Positions 47,411 to 57,153 are shown, counted from the stretch's first letter. The stretch is 60,948 nucleotides of DNA from Chlamydiota bacterium (GCA_011065065.1 JAAKFL010000001.1:1-60948); one strand, 5' to 3'. Program-made: numbers and translations. Notes: a model not told the origin generated them from the letters alone.

Positions 47411-48514
47411 TTAATGGGCAACATGTGCTTTCTTATATATACGCCCGGGGTATTCTTTTACCTGCTTCTTTAATATAAGACTCATTATCAAAACATTTAA
47501 TTTCTGGATAGGGAGATTTGCCAGCGAGGCCAGGTGGTCGATACCGATTTCATCTTGGGGAAAGATCTTAAGTAGCTCTTCTTCTTCGCGTTCTAGTTTA
47601 GGGGGCGCAGGCTTGATTTCCAAATTTTTTTTTATTGTAGGCAGCCATCCTTTGAAATCTTCTTTGATATCTTCCGGTTTGCTGACGAATTTTGCTTGTT
47701 GACTCTTTATTAATGTGTGATTTCCTTCAAAATTTGGGATATCGGCCCTTCCTGAAAGGGCATAGAGGTTCCGTCCTTGAGCCAATCCCATCCGCATGGT
47801 GATCATGGCGCCACTTTTCACAGGAGCTTCAATCAAAAGTATTCCAGAAGACATTCCGCTGACAATCCGGTTTCTTTGCGGAAATCTTTGGCGGTCAGGG
47901 GGAGTATTCATAGGAAATTCGCTGATGACGGCGCCGTTTTCGGCAATGACACTGGCAAGATTTTTGTTTTCACTAGGGTAGATATTGCAAAGACCCGACC
48001 CCAAAACAGCTATGGTGCGACCCTTTTTTCGAGCTCCTTCATGCGCTGCAGTATCAATTCCGCGGGCTAATCCACTGATGATGGTAAAGCCTTGATGAGC
48101 GAGCTCTAAACCAAACTTATGGGCCATTTCCAAACCATAGTGAGTGGCGGAGCGGGTTCCGATAATGGCGATGGATTGATGGTCCGAAGGAGTCATATCT
48201 CCTTTTACGTAAAGGAGGATCGGAAAATCGGGGATGTTGAGGAGTCTTTTGGGGTATCGCTTGTCGGTAAAGGGGATGATTTGGGCATCAAAGCGGTGGG
48301 CGAGATTTTGATCAAGTTCAGCGGTTTGAGTAGCCTCTTCGGGATTCCATTGACTGATGATCTTAGAACCAAAACCGGGAAGTTTTCTCAAATCTTCTGG
48401 CGAAGCATTCAGGGCATCGACTGCGGAACCAAAAACTTGGAGTAACAGCTGAATTTTGACGGAGCCGAGAAGCGGCATGGAGTTTAGAGTGATAAGAGCG
48501 TTCAGTTCGTTCAT
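47411..48514 (-). CDS. dprA: DNA processing protein DprA (Smf)
   Basis: SGLARGIDTAAHEGA Rossmann-like core. The dprA-topA adjacency is common in bacteria. Confidence 0.85.
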   Translation of the reverse strand: MNELNALITLNSMPLLGSVKIQLLLQVFGSAVDALNASPEDLRKLPGFGSKIISQWNPEEATQTAELDQNLAHRFDAQIIPFTDKRYPKRLLNIPDFPILLYVKGDMTPSDHQSIAIIGTRSATHYGLEMAHKFGLELAHQGFTIISGLARGIDTAAHEGARKKGRTIAVLGSGLCNIYPSENKNLASVIAENGAVISEFPMNTPPDRQRFPQRNRIVSGMSSGILLIEAPVKSGAMITMRMGLAQGRNLYALSGRADIPNFEGNHTLIKSQQAKFVSKPEDIKEDFKGWLPTIKKNLEIKPAPPKLEREEEELLKIFPQDEIGIDHLASLANLPIQKLNVLIMSLILKKQVKEYPGRIYKKAHVAH

Positions 48515-48605
48515 GTGGGGTGATTATATGGGTTCCATGAACTTTTTGTAAATGGACGGGATGGACGAAATGTCATTTACGTCGTTTTCGTCGTTTTTAG
48601 ACTTC

Positions 48606-48640
48606 AAAAAAAGTGGTGGTAATTGACATTACCACCACTT
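48606..48640 (-). terminator. orphan intrinsic terminator on the minus strand
   Basis: On the minus strand, a perfect stem agtggtggtaat / attaccaccact around a 4-nt loop, followed by tttttt. No ORF of 60 aa or more lies upstream of it on that strand. Confidence 0.55.
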
Positions 48641-49320
48641 CGTAAGAACATACACATATAAGCTTCGGTAAGAAGCTGTCATTCGTGATGCATTCGTGAC
48701 AAGTGTACAAGTTTCAAGCTCACAGTCTGTGTCTTATGTCATACTTAATGTACAAATTCACACGCCTTAAGGCGTTTTCGAAAAAATAGACAAAACTTCA
48801 AAGATGCAGCGGATTTTAAATTCCTCCAATCCAAACTCCACAAGCGATGCACTGATGAACATCCCCAACCCAGAACAGTCTAAACTTTAATCTTCCTAAC
48901 CGTTCCCTCCTTTAAGATTCCCCAATCTCAAGAAGGTGATCCCTATTTTAACGCTTGCAATTTGTAAAATTTAAGATCTAAGTTAGGTTAACCTCCATTT
49001 ATTACTTGTGCTAGGTCGAGAAAACAGCGCGCTTTGTCGCTTTTGCTTATTTTCCCTTTATGTTTTCAACCTCGCTTGTCTCCAAACGAGTTCATTTTCA
49101 AACCAGTTTCAAAGTTCCAAAGTTACACCCAAAGTGCGTGGTTTCGAGCTTTACAGACTTGTGTCACCCCCTTTTTTGCTCCAGCGTCCCACTAGTATTG
49201 GGCTGTGTACCGCATGCCCCAAATCAACAGCATGCGACCAGGACAAGAAAAACAATAAAGTCCTGTTATTGTTCTATTTATCACTTTATATAAAAATCAT
49301 CAAGGCTTAAATTATTGGGT

Positions 49321-50484
49321 ATGTACCGAAAAGCGAGCCTTTTTTCTTTCTGGAGCTCTCAGCACCTCTTTCGAATTGATTTCCGGGTCCTCCCCGTCAT
49401 CCTTTCGCTCATGTGTATCAGTATCTTAGTGATCGGATCCCATTCGTCTGAACAGGGAGTCGACTCCCTGATGGAAATCTTCAAAAGCGCTTTTGTCAAA
49501 AAACAAATCCAGTTTTTTGCGGTTTCTATCGGTGTCTTCATTTTTTTTGCTGGAATCGATTACAATAAACTCCGAGAATGGGTATGGGTGATCTATGTCC
49601 TTGCTGTTCTCGCTCTTATAGGTCTGTTTTTTACTGACTCCATCGCACGTGTCCACCGGTGGTATCGAATTCCTTTGATCGGGATTAGTATGCAACCGGC
49701 TGAGTATACGAAACTTGCAGTGGTAATCAGTCTGAGTTGGTTTTTGGAAAAGAGAAAGGACCGGTCGCAAGATTGGAGTACGGCTTTTTTTAGTGGGATC
49801 ATTGTGGGAATTCCCTTTTTGTTAATTCTGAAACAACCCGACTTGGGATCGGCCCTTGTTTTATATCCGATTGCTTTGGTGATGTTTTATTATGGTGGTC
49901 TCAATCCGTTATTAATCCGATTGATGACCTGGTTTGGTGCCCTTGTTCTTTTGATTGTGGCATTGTTCTTTCTGCAGATTGTCTCCCATGATGACTTAAG
50001 ACCTTATGCCTCAAGGGTCATAAAGGAGTATCAGTATGACCGGCTCAATCCAAATAATCACCATCAAAAAGCCTCGTTGACTGCGATTGCAGTTGGCGGA
50101 GTGACGGGGACTGGGTGGAATAAGAGCGAGTACACAGGAGGTGGTTGGTTGCCGGCTCCGTTTACCGATTCCGTTTTTCCAGCATTTGGAGAAGAATTTG
50201 GTTTTCTAGGACTTTTATTGATGATGGTTCTTTTTTATGCTTTAGTTTATTTTAGTTTCCAGGTTACGGCTATGGCCAAGGATCACTTTGGGCGCCTATT
50301 GTCTGCAGGGATTAGTGTCTACCTTGCCATGCATATCTTGGTGAATGTGGGGATGATGTGTGGGCTTTTGCCGATTACAGGAGTTCCGCTGATTTTAGTG
50401 ACTTATGGAGGGTCTTCGGTATTATTGACAATGACAGCGTTGGGAATATTACAAAGTATTTATAGTCGAAGGTTTACGTATTAG
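49321..50484 (+). CDS. SEDS-family peptidoglycan glycosyltransferase (RodA/FtsW)
   Basis: Polytopic protein with KQPDLGSAL and QPAEYTKL motifs. ATG at 49321 (the ORF-track start at 49315 is TTG). Confidence 0.85.
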   Translation: MYRKASLFSFWSSQHLFRIDFRVLPVILSLMCISILVIGSHSSEQGVDSLMEIFKSAFVKKQIQFFAVSIGVFIFFAGIDYNKLREWVWVIYVLAVLALIGLFFTDSIARVHRWYRIPLIGISMQPAEYTKLAVVISLSWFLEKRKDRSQDWSTAFFSGIIVGIPFLLILKQPDLGSALVLYPIALVMFYYGGLNPLLIRLMTWFGALVLLIVALFFLQIVSHDDLRPYASRVIKEYQYDRLNPNNHHQKASLTAIAVGGVTGTGWNKSEYTGGGWLPAPFTDSVFPAFGEEFGFLGLLLMMVLFYALVYFSFQVTAMAKDHFGRLLSAGISVYLAMHILVNVGMMCGLLPITGVPLILVTYGGSSVLLTMTALGILQSIYSRRFTY

Positions 50485-50499
50485 AGTAAAGGAAAAATT

Positions 50500-50970
50500 A
50501 TGAGTGTAAAGCATCCGTTTTTTTTGTGTCCTGGAGAGTGGCTGGGTGAAGGAAAGATCGGGTTTAGTGCCTCAGATGAAGAGCTTCAGTTTTATACGCA
50601 TTGGAATATTTTGGATTCAGGAGATGTTCAGCTGGGGCAAAAAAATGTCCGATGTACCCAAGAAGTGGAAATGCAGGATGCAGCTGATGAAAAAATGTTT
50701 AACCGATTTCACTTTACCGAGATTGGAATCCAGAGTTTTAAAATTTTACTCGAAAACGAGCAGATAGGGACTGTTTTTGGTGAAGGGATTATCGAAAAAG
50801 ACAAGGTGGCTTGGGAGTTTCGTGGACATCCTCATATTGAAGGATTTGAGGTTTACACTTTAGGGGAAAATGGTGAGTATGAATTTCACGCTGAATATAT
50901 TTCTCCAGAAGGCTATCGATCGATTATTAATGGTCGGATTTGGAAGAAACAGTATTCTAAGAAGTCTTAA
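50500..50970 (+). CDS. hypothetical protein
   Basis: 156-aa ORF with AGGA upstream; no motif recognised. Confidence 0.55.
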   Translation: MSVKHPFFLCPGEWLGEGKIGFSASDEELQFYTHWNILDSGDVQLGQKNVRCTQEVEMQDAADEKMFNRFHFTEIGIQSFKILLENEQIGTVFGEGIIEKDKVAWEFRGHPHIEGFEVYTLGENGEYEFHAEYISPEGYRSIINGRIWKKQYSKKS

Positions 50971-51458
50971 ATTTCTAAAAGATTGCGCACCCATCGTTCC
51001 TTAGGCTGCTCATCAAGGGGAAGGGAATGAAAAAATTCTTTTATACTATTAAAGTAATCCTGTTCTCCCAACAACTTCAATGAGTCTACCATCTTTCCTA
51101 AACGGACTTCATAATGGTTCCATGTCTGATTATGGTCGGGATTGCTGATAGGGCTTCGGTTTTCGATATCCCATCCCCAAGAAAGGACTAAGAGTTCGAC
51201 ACCCCGGCGGAAATTCTTCATGAATTCTGCGTCACTCTTGAGATCTAAAATTTCTTGTTGATAAATGGTGTATTTTGCTCCCTGGCCAGCGCTGGTTCGC
51301 GCTATGGGAAACATCCACCAATCGTAATGATGAAGAAGAAAGGCGTTCCAATCGTGGTTTTGTGCCCAATTCTCAAACTGTTGCAATTGCTGAAAATGCT
51401 GTTTTTTCAGGTTCTCTATGCCAACAAATTGGGGATTGTGTGCAGGAATGTTCTTCAT
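50967..51458 (-). CDS. hypothetical protein (possible OGFr-N-like domain)
   Basis: HHYDWWMFPI resembles the H.YIQW.FP block of the OGFr N-terminal domain family; weak, from memory. Confidence 0.5.
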   Translation of the reverse strand: MKNIPAHNPQFVGIENLKKQHFQQLQQFENWAQNHDWNAFLLHHYDWWMFPIARTSAGQGAKYTIYQQEILDLKSDAEFMKNFRRGVELLVLSWGWDIENRSPISNPDHNQTWNHYEVRLGKMVDSLKLLGEQDYFNSIKEFFHSLPLDEQPKERWVRNLLEI

Positions 51459-51466
51459 GGTTTATG

Positions 51467-52582
51467 TTAATTTTCCACTTGGGGAGCTCCGTTCGATGAT
51501 TCGAAAAAAAACTTTTTCCCCAGATTGTAAACAGTCAAAAGAATCAGTAGCGGGCAACTGATTTCTAGAATTGGTGTTGTCACCACCATCAACCCATCAA
51601 ATGTGAATAAGGAAAGGAAATAGGTCAGAACAACTCCTATAATCACTGAATAGGAGGATGTTTCATCCCAGGGTAAATACTTTTCCTTCACAAAATCGGC
51701 AAAGACAGACAACATCGCCACTGAAGTTGTCAAACAAGCCAAAAAGACCACTCCAACAGGAATGATGCTCCATTGTGGTCCTAAGAACTGGCGAGAAATA
51801 AAGGGTAACAGCTGGTCTTTGGCGAGCGGAGCCAACAGGTCAGCGTTTCGTGCGGCCATATAGATTAAAGCCAAATAAACCATGGCTAATATTGACATCC
51901 CAATAAAACCGGATAATAAAGCCTTTTTCATTGATTGCCCTACAGGCATTTTCTCCGCTTGAATCACGGCAATAATCGATAACGAGAAGAAAAATGAAGC
52001 TATGAGATCCATTGTTTCATAACCATGGGCCAACCCGGTATGAAAAATTGAAGCTGTGGATTCAATTGAGGTTGGAGGCGCTTCAGTGCCTAACATCCCC
52101 AGTACCCACAAGACAGCTAAACAAATCAGCAAAGCGGGTGTTAAAAAATATCCCAAAACTTCGATCATGCGACTTTTCCTTACAATGGAAAAATAGACTA
52201 AGGCTGAATACACAATCCCAAAAATCCAAAGAGGCACCGTCGGAACAGCTGTCGCAAACGATTCATAGGCAACCCGGATACATCGCGGGGCGGCTCCAAA
52301 AGGAATCCAGACCATCATCAACAATGACACAAAAATTAAGGCGTTTCGTTTTCCAATGGTCTCAAAAAACTTGTTGGTGTTTCCCTGATAAGCCACCATG
52401 GCGACAACCCCAAATAAAGGGCCGATCACTCCGGATAGCAAAAATCCCAGAAAGACAGTAAACCAGTGATCTCCCGCGTATTGACCGAGAAATAGCGGGA
52501 ATACAAGATTTCCCGATCCGAAAAACATCGCGAAAAAAGCGAGTCCAATAGTAAATGGTGAAAATTTTTTTGGTTCTGACAT
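51467..52582 (-). CDS. brnQ: branched-chain amino acid transport system II carrier protein
   Basis: The N-terminus GLAFFAMFFGSGNLVFPLFLG is typical of BrnQ (LIVCS family); polytopic. Confidence 0.85.
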   Translation of the reverse strand: MSEPKKFSPFTIGLAFFAMFFGSGNLVFPLFLGQYAGDHWFTVFLGFLLSGVIGPLFGVVAMVAYQGNTNKFFETIGKRNALIFVSLLMMVWIPFGAAPRCIRVAYESFATAVPTVPLWIFGIVYSALVYFSIVRKSRMIEVLGYFLTPALLICLAVLWVLGMLGTEAPPTSIESTASIFHTGLAHGYETMDLIASFFFSLSIIAVIQAEKMPVGQSMKKALLSGFIGMSILAMVYLALIYMAARNADLLAPLAKDQLLPFISRQFLGPQWSIIPVGVVFLACLTTSVAMLSVFADFVKEKYLPWDETSSYSVIIGVVLTYFLSLFTFDGLMVVTTPILEISCPLLILLTVYNLGKKFFFESSNGAPQVEN

Positions 52583-52758
52583 GTGATGAAATCCTCTTCG
52601 CTATGAATGATGTTGGTTTAAATGGCTAGCATCAACAACAACATCGATTGTTCAAACAGGATTTATTCATTTCATCACACCCTTGATATAAAAATCTATT
52701 TTTAATAGATTCGGTATAAACCTAATTCTATCAGTAATTATTATTTTTGGCAATGTGA

Positions 52759-53550
52759 ATGGTTTCTATTTTGATATATTTGGGGATCGGAGCTCTAGGG
52801 GGAATCCTGGCGGGGCTCTTGGGGCTGGGTGGTGGTTTAATCGTAGTTCCGTGCCTGGCGTTTACCTTCGCAAAACTGGGGTTTCCTTCTGATATTCTGA
52901 TGCATTTCGCCATTGGTTCCTCCCTTGCCGCGATGATCACCACCACCTTTTTCTCCACTTGGGCGCATCATCGGATGGGGACGGAAATCCTGCCGATTTA
53001 TAAATTGATGGCGGGAGGAATCATCATAGGCTCATTTTTAGGAGCTCTTACAGCTGATTTTGTCCACTCCGTGATTCTCAGCGTGGCCTTTGGAGGCTTT
53101 GCTTTGATTTTTTCCTTTCAATATTTTTTGAATATCGAGTGGCAACGACGTTCATCTGAACCCAACAATCGTCTGACTATGGGCTGTTCGGTGGTGATTG
53201 GGATGATTTCCGCTTTGTTGGGAATTGGAGCTGGCACAGTAGGTCTTCCCTTTTTGACCTCGTATGAGAAAGCTCCCTTGCATCAAGCGGTGGGGATTGC
53301 TGCTGCGTTATCATTCACCGTCTCCATATTTGGAACGATCAGTTATCTCTTCACAGGATTGAACGAACCTGTGACACCTCCGTTCAGTACGGGGTATATT
53401 TATTGGCCGGCAGTTTTGGGAATCAGTTTAGGCAGTCCGCTTTTTGCATGGGGATCGGCAAGGGTAGCGCATATGTTACCAGTTTTGGCGTTGAAACGGA
53501 TTTTTGCTGTAGTGCTGTTTGTGATTGGAATTCGGATGCTCTTTTTTTAA
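52759..53550 (+). CDS. TauE/SafE-family (DUF81) anion exporter
   Basis: GLLGLGGGLIVVP motif, repeated as LLGIGAGTVGLP in the second half. Confidence 0.8.
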   Translation: MVSILIYLGIGALGGILAGLLGLGGGLIVVPCLAFTFAKLGFPSDILMHFAIGSSLAAMITTTFFSTWAHHRMGTEILPIYKLMAGGIIIGSFLGALTADFVHSVILSVAFGGFALIFSFQYFLNIEWQRRSSEPNNRLTMGCSVVIGMISALLGIGAGTVGLPFLTSYEKAPLHQAVGIAAALSFTVSIFGTISYLFTGLNEPVTPPFSTGYIYWPAVLGISLGSPLFAWGSARVAHMLPVLALKRIFAVVLFVIGIRMLFF

Positions 53551-53820
53551 CCGCGGATGAAATTTTAACGCAAAGGGGCAAAGACACAAAGACACAAAGA
53601 CGCAAAGATTTGTGCTTGTGCATTATGATCACGAAGTGATCTCGAACTTTTAGACGCAGATGTCGCAAATGAACGCAGATTTTTTTAACTTGAAAAAGTT
53701 AAAAAAATCTGCGTTCATTTGCGACATCTGCGTCTAAAAAGCGCATGGACCGTTGGTCCAAGTCAGGCGAACTCTTTCTTTGCGTCTTTGTGTCTTTGCT
53801 TCTTTGCGGTTAAATTTTTT
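53551..53820. repeat. 270-bp nested composite palindrome (GCAAAG arms outside, perfect GCAGAT hairpin inside)
   Basis: The inner stem 53648-53691 / 53696-53739 is 44 bp with no mismatch and a GAAA loop. The outer arms are at 53563-53608 and 53775-53820. A TGGACC-N3-GGTCCA palindrome lies at 53746-53760. Confidence 0.9.
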
Positions 53821-54362
53821 AAGACGATTTTACAAAAATATTCGTGAATCCCAGAATCATCCGTTAACTCAGGATGAAACGTCGCCCCTAAAAAACACCC
53901 CTGCTGCACCAAGACAGGCTCACCGTTCATCTCCCCCAACACATTCACGTCCTCTCCCACAGATTGAATCCGTGGTGCGCGAATAAAAATCCCCGGATAT
54001 TTCCGCTTTCTCCTTGAAGGAAATTTGATGTCTAATGAACATCGGCAAGATTCAATTTGCCGTCCATACCCATTTCGCTTCACAGTAATGTCTAAGCAAT
54101 TCTGCGCCATTAGAATCAAACCGGCACACGTTCCAAAAACTGGCTTAGCAGCCATAAATTCTTTTAAAGGTTCTTCGAAATCGGTAAAAGTGATTTGTTT
54201 TTGAATGGTTGTGGATTCTCCACCAGGAATAACCAACGCGTCACATCTTTCAAGATCTTGGGGCTGACGCACCTCAAAGGTGGCCACACCCAGTCGTTGC
54301 AACATTTCGATATGCTTGGTAAATCCGCCTTGCAAGGCAAGAACTCCGATCACACACTTCAT
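53763..54362 (-). CDS. pdxT: pyridoxal 5'-phosphate synthase glutaminase subunit
   Basis: GVLALQGG, the catalytic CAG context FGTCAGLIL, and FHPELT. The last ~15 codons run into the repeat element. Confidence 0.9.
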   Translation of the reverse strand: MKCVIGVLALQGGFTKHIEMLQRLGVATFEVRQPQDLERCDALVIPGGESTTIQKQITFTDFEEPLKEFMAAKPVFGTCAGLILMAQNCLDITVKRNGYGRQIESCRCSLDIKFPSRRKRKYPGIFIRAPRIQSVGEDVNVLGEMNGEPVLVQQGCFLGATFHPELTDDSGIHEYFCKIVLKNLTAKKQRHKDAKKEFA

Positions 54363-54367
54363 CAACC

Positions 54368-55273
54368 TTACCAACCTCGATTCGCTAAAAGCTCTTCTTT
54401 CTTCAAGTTCTCAATAATGATCCCTTTCATCGCTTCCTTCAGCCCCATGGATACTTTGGCCAGCATCTCAGGATCTTTGAAATGACTGACAGCTGAGACC
54501 ATCATTTTAGCTCTTTTCGCTGGATCATTGGATTTGAATATTCCTGATCCCACAAAGACACTTTCAGCTCCAAGGTGCATCATGAGTGCTGCGTCGGCCG
54601 GCGTTGCCACCCCGCCTGCGGCAAATAGGGGAACGGGGAGTTTCCCATTTTCCGCTACATGTTGCAGTAGCTCGTAGGAAGCTCCAAGCCTTTTCGCTTC
54701 AGCAAAGAGCTCTGCATGGTCCATCGTGGTGACGGATTTGATTTGGCGCATGATTGTTCGCATATGGCGTACCGCTTCGACAATGTTACCTGTTCCTGCT
54801 TCGCCTTTGCTGCGCAGCATGGCGGCGCCTTCCGAGATCCGACGTAAGGCCTCACCTAAATCCTTGCATCCGCATACAAAAGGGATGTTGAATGAATGTT
54901 TTTCGATGTGATTTTCTTCGTCGGCAGGAGTCAACACTTCGCTTTCATCAATGAAGTCGACAAACAGCGCTTCTAAGATATCTGCTTCAGTGAAATGGCC
55001 TATCCGGCATTTCGCCATCACAGGAATGGAGACCTCTTTTTGGATCTCTTGGATAATTTCAGGGTTCGACATACGGGCGACTCCCCCTTCTGCACGAATA
55101 TCAGAAGGAATTTTCTCCAGCGCCATGACTGCAACGGCACCCGCGTCTTCTGCAATCCGCGCTTGTTCCGCGTTTGTTACATCCATGATCACTCCGCCCT
55201 TCAGCATTTCTGCCAGGCCAACCTTCACTTCAAAAGATCCTTTTTGGGGGAGATGTTTTTCTTCTTTGCTCAT
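54368..55273 (-). CDS. pdxS: pyridoxal 5'-phosphate synthase lyase subunit
   Basis: [14 protein letters not shown] and the downstream PdxS/SNZ blocks. ATG at 55273 preceded by GGAG. Confidence 0.95.
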   Translation of the reverse strand: MSKEEKHLPQKGSFEVKVGLAEMLKGGVIMDVTNAEQARIAEDAGAVAVMALEKIPSDIRAEGGVARMSNPEIIQEIQKEVSIPVMAKCRIGHFTEADILEALFVDFIDESEVLTPADEENHIEKHSFNIPFVCGCKDLGEALRRISEGAAMLRSKGEAGTGNIVEAVRHMRTIMRQIKSVTTMDHAELFAEAKRLGASYELLQHVAENGKLPVPLFAAGGVATPADAALMMHLGAESVFVGSGIFKSNDPAKRAKMMVSAVSHFKDPEMLAKVSMGLKEAMKGIIIENLKKEELLANRGW

Positions 55274-55303
55274 GATAGACTCCAATGTACTAGTGCTCTG
55301 GCA

Positions 55304-56098
55304 CTAAAGATGTTGAAATGGGTTTGTTGATTGTCCAAAATCTCTTGTTGTTTTTCTACGTTTTAATTCGCTTCGTATTGAAAAAAGCAAATCCATGTCA
55401 AAGTCTTTGCTTGCGGCCCATCTTAAATATTCTAGCGGGACCTCTTTCATTAAACGCCCTTTGTGCTGACCAAGCGGCATGTACTTTAGGGCAATGGGCT
55501 TTTTCAATGTATTCAGAAGTTGATGGGTCGTATTAAACCGCTGACTTAAATAGCGGAAGACTCCAATGTTTACCACCACATCATTCAAGGCGCGGTGAGC
55601 CCCTTCAAATTCAATATTAAAATGTTGACGCAATTGATCAAGAGAATTCGACGGGCTTTCTCCGTATAACCTGGCCATCCGCAAGGTGTCGATAAAGGTG
55701 TTATCTATAATCTGGCATTTGACTCCTTCTCGATTTGCAGAATGAGTAATCAAATTGATGTCGAACTGAATGTTGTGTCCTACAATGATGTGGTTGCCAA
55801 TAAAATCGAGAAATTCCGGCAAGGCATCCTTGATAACAGTCTTTCCTGTCACCATGTCTTGGGTAATATTATGAATCGCAATGGAAGCTTCTGGAATAGG
55901 GCATTCGGGATCGATCAGAGCATCTTTTTGTTCGAGAATTTCCTTAATGGTAAATTTTGCCGCGGCAATTTCAATGATGCGATCATTTTTAGGATCTAAA
56001 CCGGTCGATTCACAATCAACACAAACAAAGACATCTTTCTCGATAGGACGGGATTTCTTTTTCAAATTATTCCTCTTCTTCACTTTGTAAGGCTTCAT
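55304..56098 (-). CDS. DEDDh 3'-5' exonuclease (DnaQ-like) with a C-terminal DUF3820-like segment
   Basis: Exo I motif VCVDCESTGL, Exo III H..L.D context GAHRALNDV, and a C-terminal block PLGQHKGRLMKEVPLEYLRWA. Confidence 0.8.
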   Translation of the reverse strand: MKPYKVKKRNNLKKKSRPIEKDVFVCVDCESTGLDPKNDRIIEIAAAKFTIKEILEQKDALIDPECPIPEASIAIHNITQDMVTGKTVIKDALPEFLDFIGNHIIVGHNIQFDINLITHSANREGVKCQIIDNTFIDTLRMARLYGESPSNSLDQLRQHFNIEFEGAHRALNDVVVNIGVFRYLSQRFNTTHQLLNTLKKPIALKYMPLGQHKGRLMKEVPLEYLRWAASKDFDMDLLFSIRSELKRRKTTRDFGQSTNPFQHL

Positions 56099-56696
56099 TG
56101 ATTAATCGAATCAATTCCTGCCTCCCAATATTCTTAGTTGCAGAATAAAAGGTCGGGACAATATTATCAGCACCAAATGATCGGAGTATTTTTTGACAAT
56201 TGGCTTTCCGTTCATTCTTGCTGACTTTATCCACTTTGGTCAACACCAGAATCATTGATTTTTCGTTATGGATAATCCATTCTAACAGCTGCCGGTCATC
56301 ATCATTGGGCATGCGCCTGATATCAAACAAAAATAGAATGACTTTCAAATGGTCCCGGTTCTCTAAGTATGATTGGATCATAGGCCCCCAAGACTTCCGA
56401 ATTTTTTCAGGGACTTTCGCAAATCCATATCCTGGGAGATCTGTAAAAGCAAGAGATCCGTCAAGGGTAAAAAAGTTTAGCGCCTGGGTTTTGCCCGGAG
56501 TCGATGAGGTGCGTGCCATTTTCCTATGGCGAAAGAGGTGGTTGATCAAAGTGGATTTTCCGACGTTTGACCGACCAGCAACGGCAACTTCAGACATGGG
56601 TCGTCCGTCTTCGCTAAAGAGTCGAGGGTAGTGTTCCGACTTTAAAACGGTCTTGACAAAGATTGGATCTCTAAACTCATATTTTTTCATGTCCAC
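56067..56696 (-). CDS. engB: ribosome biogenesis GTPase EngB (YihA)
   Basis: G1 GRSNVGKSTLIN, G3 DLPGYG, G4 TKVDK. Confidence 0.9.
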   Translation of the reverse strand: MDMKKYEFRDPIFVKTVLKSEHYPRLFSEDGRPMSEVAVAGRSNVGKSTLINHLFRHRKMARTSSTPGKTQALNFFTLDGSLAFTDLPGYGFAKVPEKIRKSWGPMIQSYLENRDHLKVILFLFDIRRMPNDDDRQLLEWIIHNEKSMILVLTKVDKVSKNERKANCQKILRSFGADNIVPTFYSATKNIGRQELIRLINEALQSEEEE

Positions 56697-57123
56697 ACTC
56701 TAATACCGTCACCAGACGACGGTTTTCTCCCAAATGCTCCAACTTGACCTTGATGTATGGCTTGGGGAGATAAGGCGCCATTCTCTCCGGCCACTCAATG
56801 CAGCAAGTGACGCCGCCTTCATCCAATAATTCGTCAAAACCCATCGCTAGAAACTCGTCTGGATCCTCCAAGCGATAGAGATCAAAATGATAGACGATGC
56901 GGTCTCCCTCGTAAATATTCAAATAGACAAATGTCGGGCTGTTGACCTGATCCTGCGGGTAATCCATCATCCCCGAAACAATCCCTTTGATCATCGTTGT
57001 CTTTCCCGATGCAAGATCTCCTTCAAAACACAAAATAGATCCTTCAGGTAACTGCTTCGCAAGATCTTGGCCGAATGACAGGGTTTCTTCAACTGAATTT
57101 AGTTCATAACTTTTCATGATCAT
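56677..57123 (-). CDS. tsaE: tRNA t6A biosynthesis ATPase TsaE
   Basis: P-loop GDLASGKTT, HFDLYRL and IEWPE motifs. Confidence 0.85.
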   Translation of the reverse strand: MIMKSYELNSVEETLSFGQDLAKQLPEGSILCFEGDLASGKTTMIKGIVSGMMDYPQDQVNSPTFVYLNIYEGDRIVYHFDLYRLEDPDEFLAMGFDELLDEGGVTCCIEWPERMAPYLPKPYIKVKLEHLGENRRLVTVLECGHEKI

Positions 57124-57153
57124 GATGGAGGGTGGGCGGAAGGAAAGAATGGT

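Noticed and set aside
49008-49310. Two overlapping plus-strand ORFs (100 and 77 aa) in the dprA/SEDS spacer
   Set aside because: Their Ser/Cys/Phe/Leu-rich peptides come from pyrimidine-rich DNA. They overlap each other in different frames and have no RBS. The region is better explained as non-coding, and is flagged as an ncRNA candidate.
48515-49320. tmRNA, RNase P RNA or SRP RNA in the long spacer
   Set aside because: I read both strands for the conserved blocks and found none: GGAAAGTCC, ACAGAA...GCC and GGTAAGGGTGAAA for RNase P; a tRNA-like GGTTCGAAT...CCA 3' end for tmRNA; the GGAAGCAGCC apical motif for SRP RNA. The minus-strand GGGGGTGACAC only superficially resembles a tmRNA 5' end.
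52583-52680. Imperfect palindrome in the brnQ 5' leader (gtgatgaaatcc ... ggatttattcatttcatcac)
   Set aside because: Pairing is patchy, with short blocks and large bulges, in AT-rich DNA. I could not convince myself it exceeds chance, so it is noted only.
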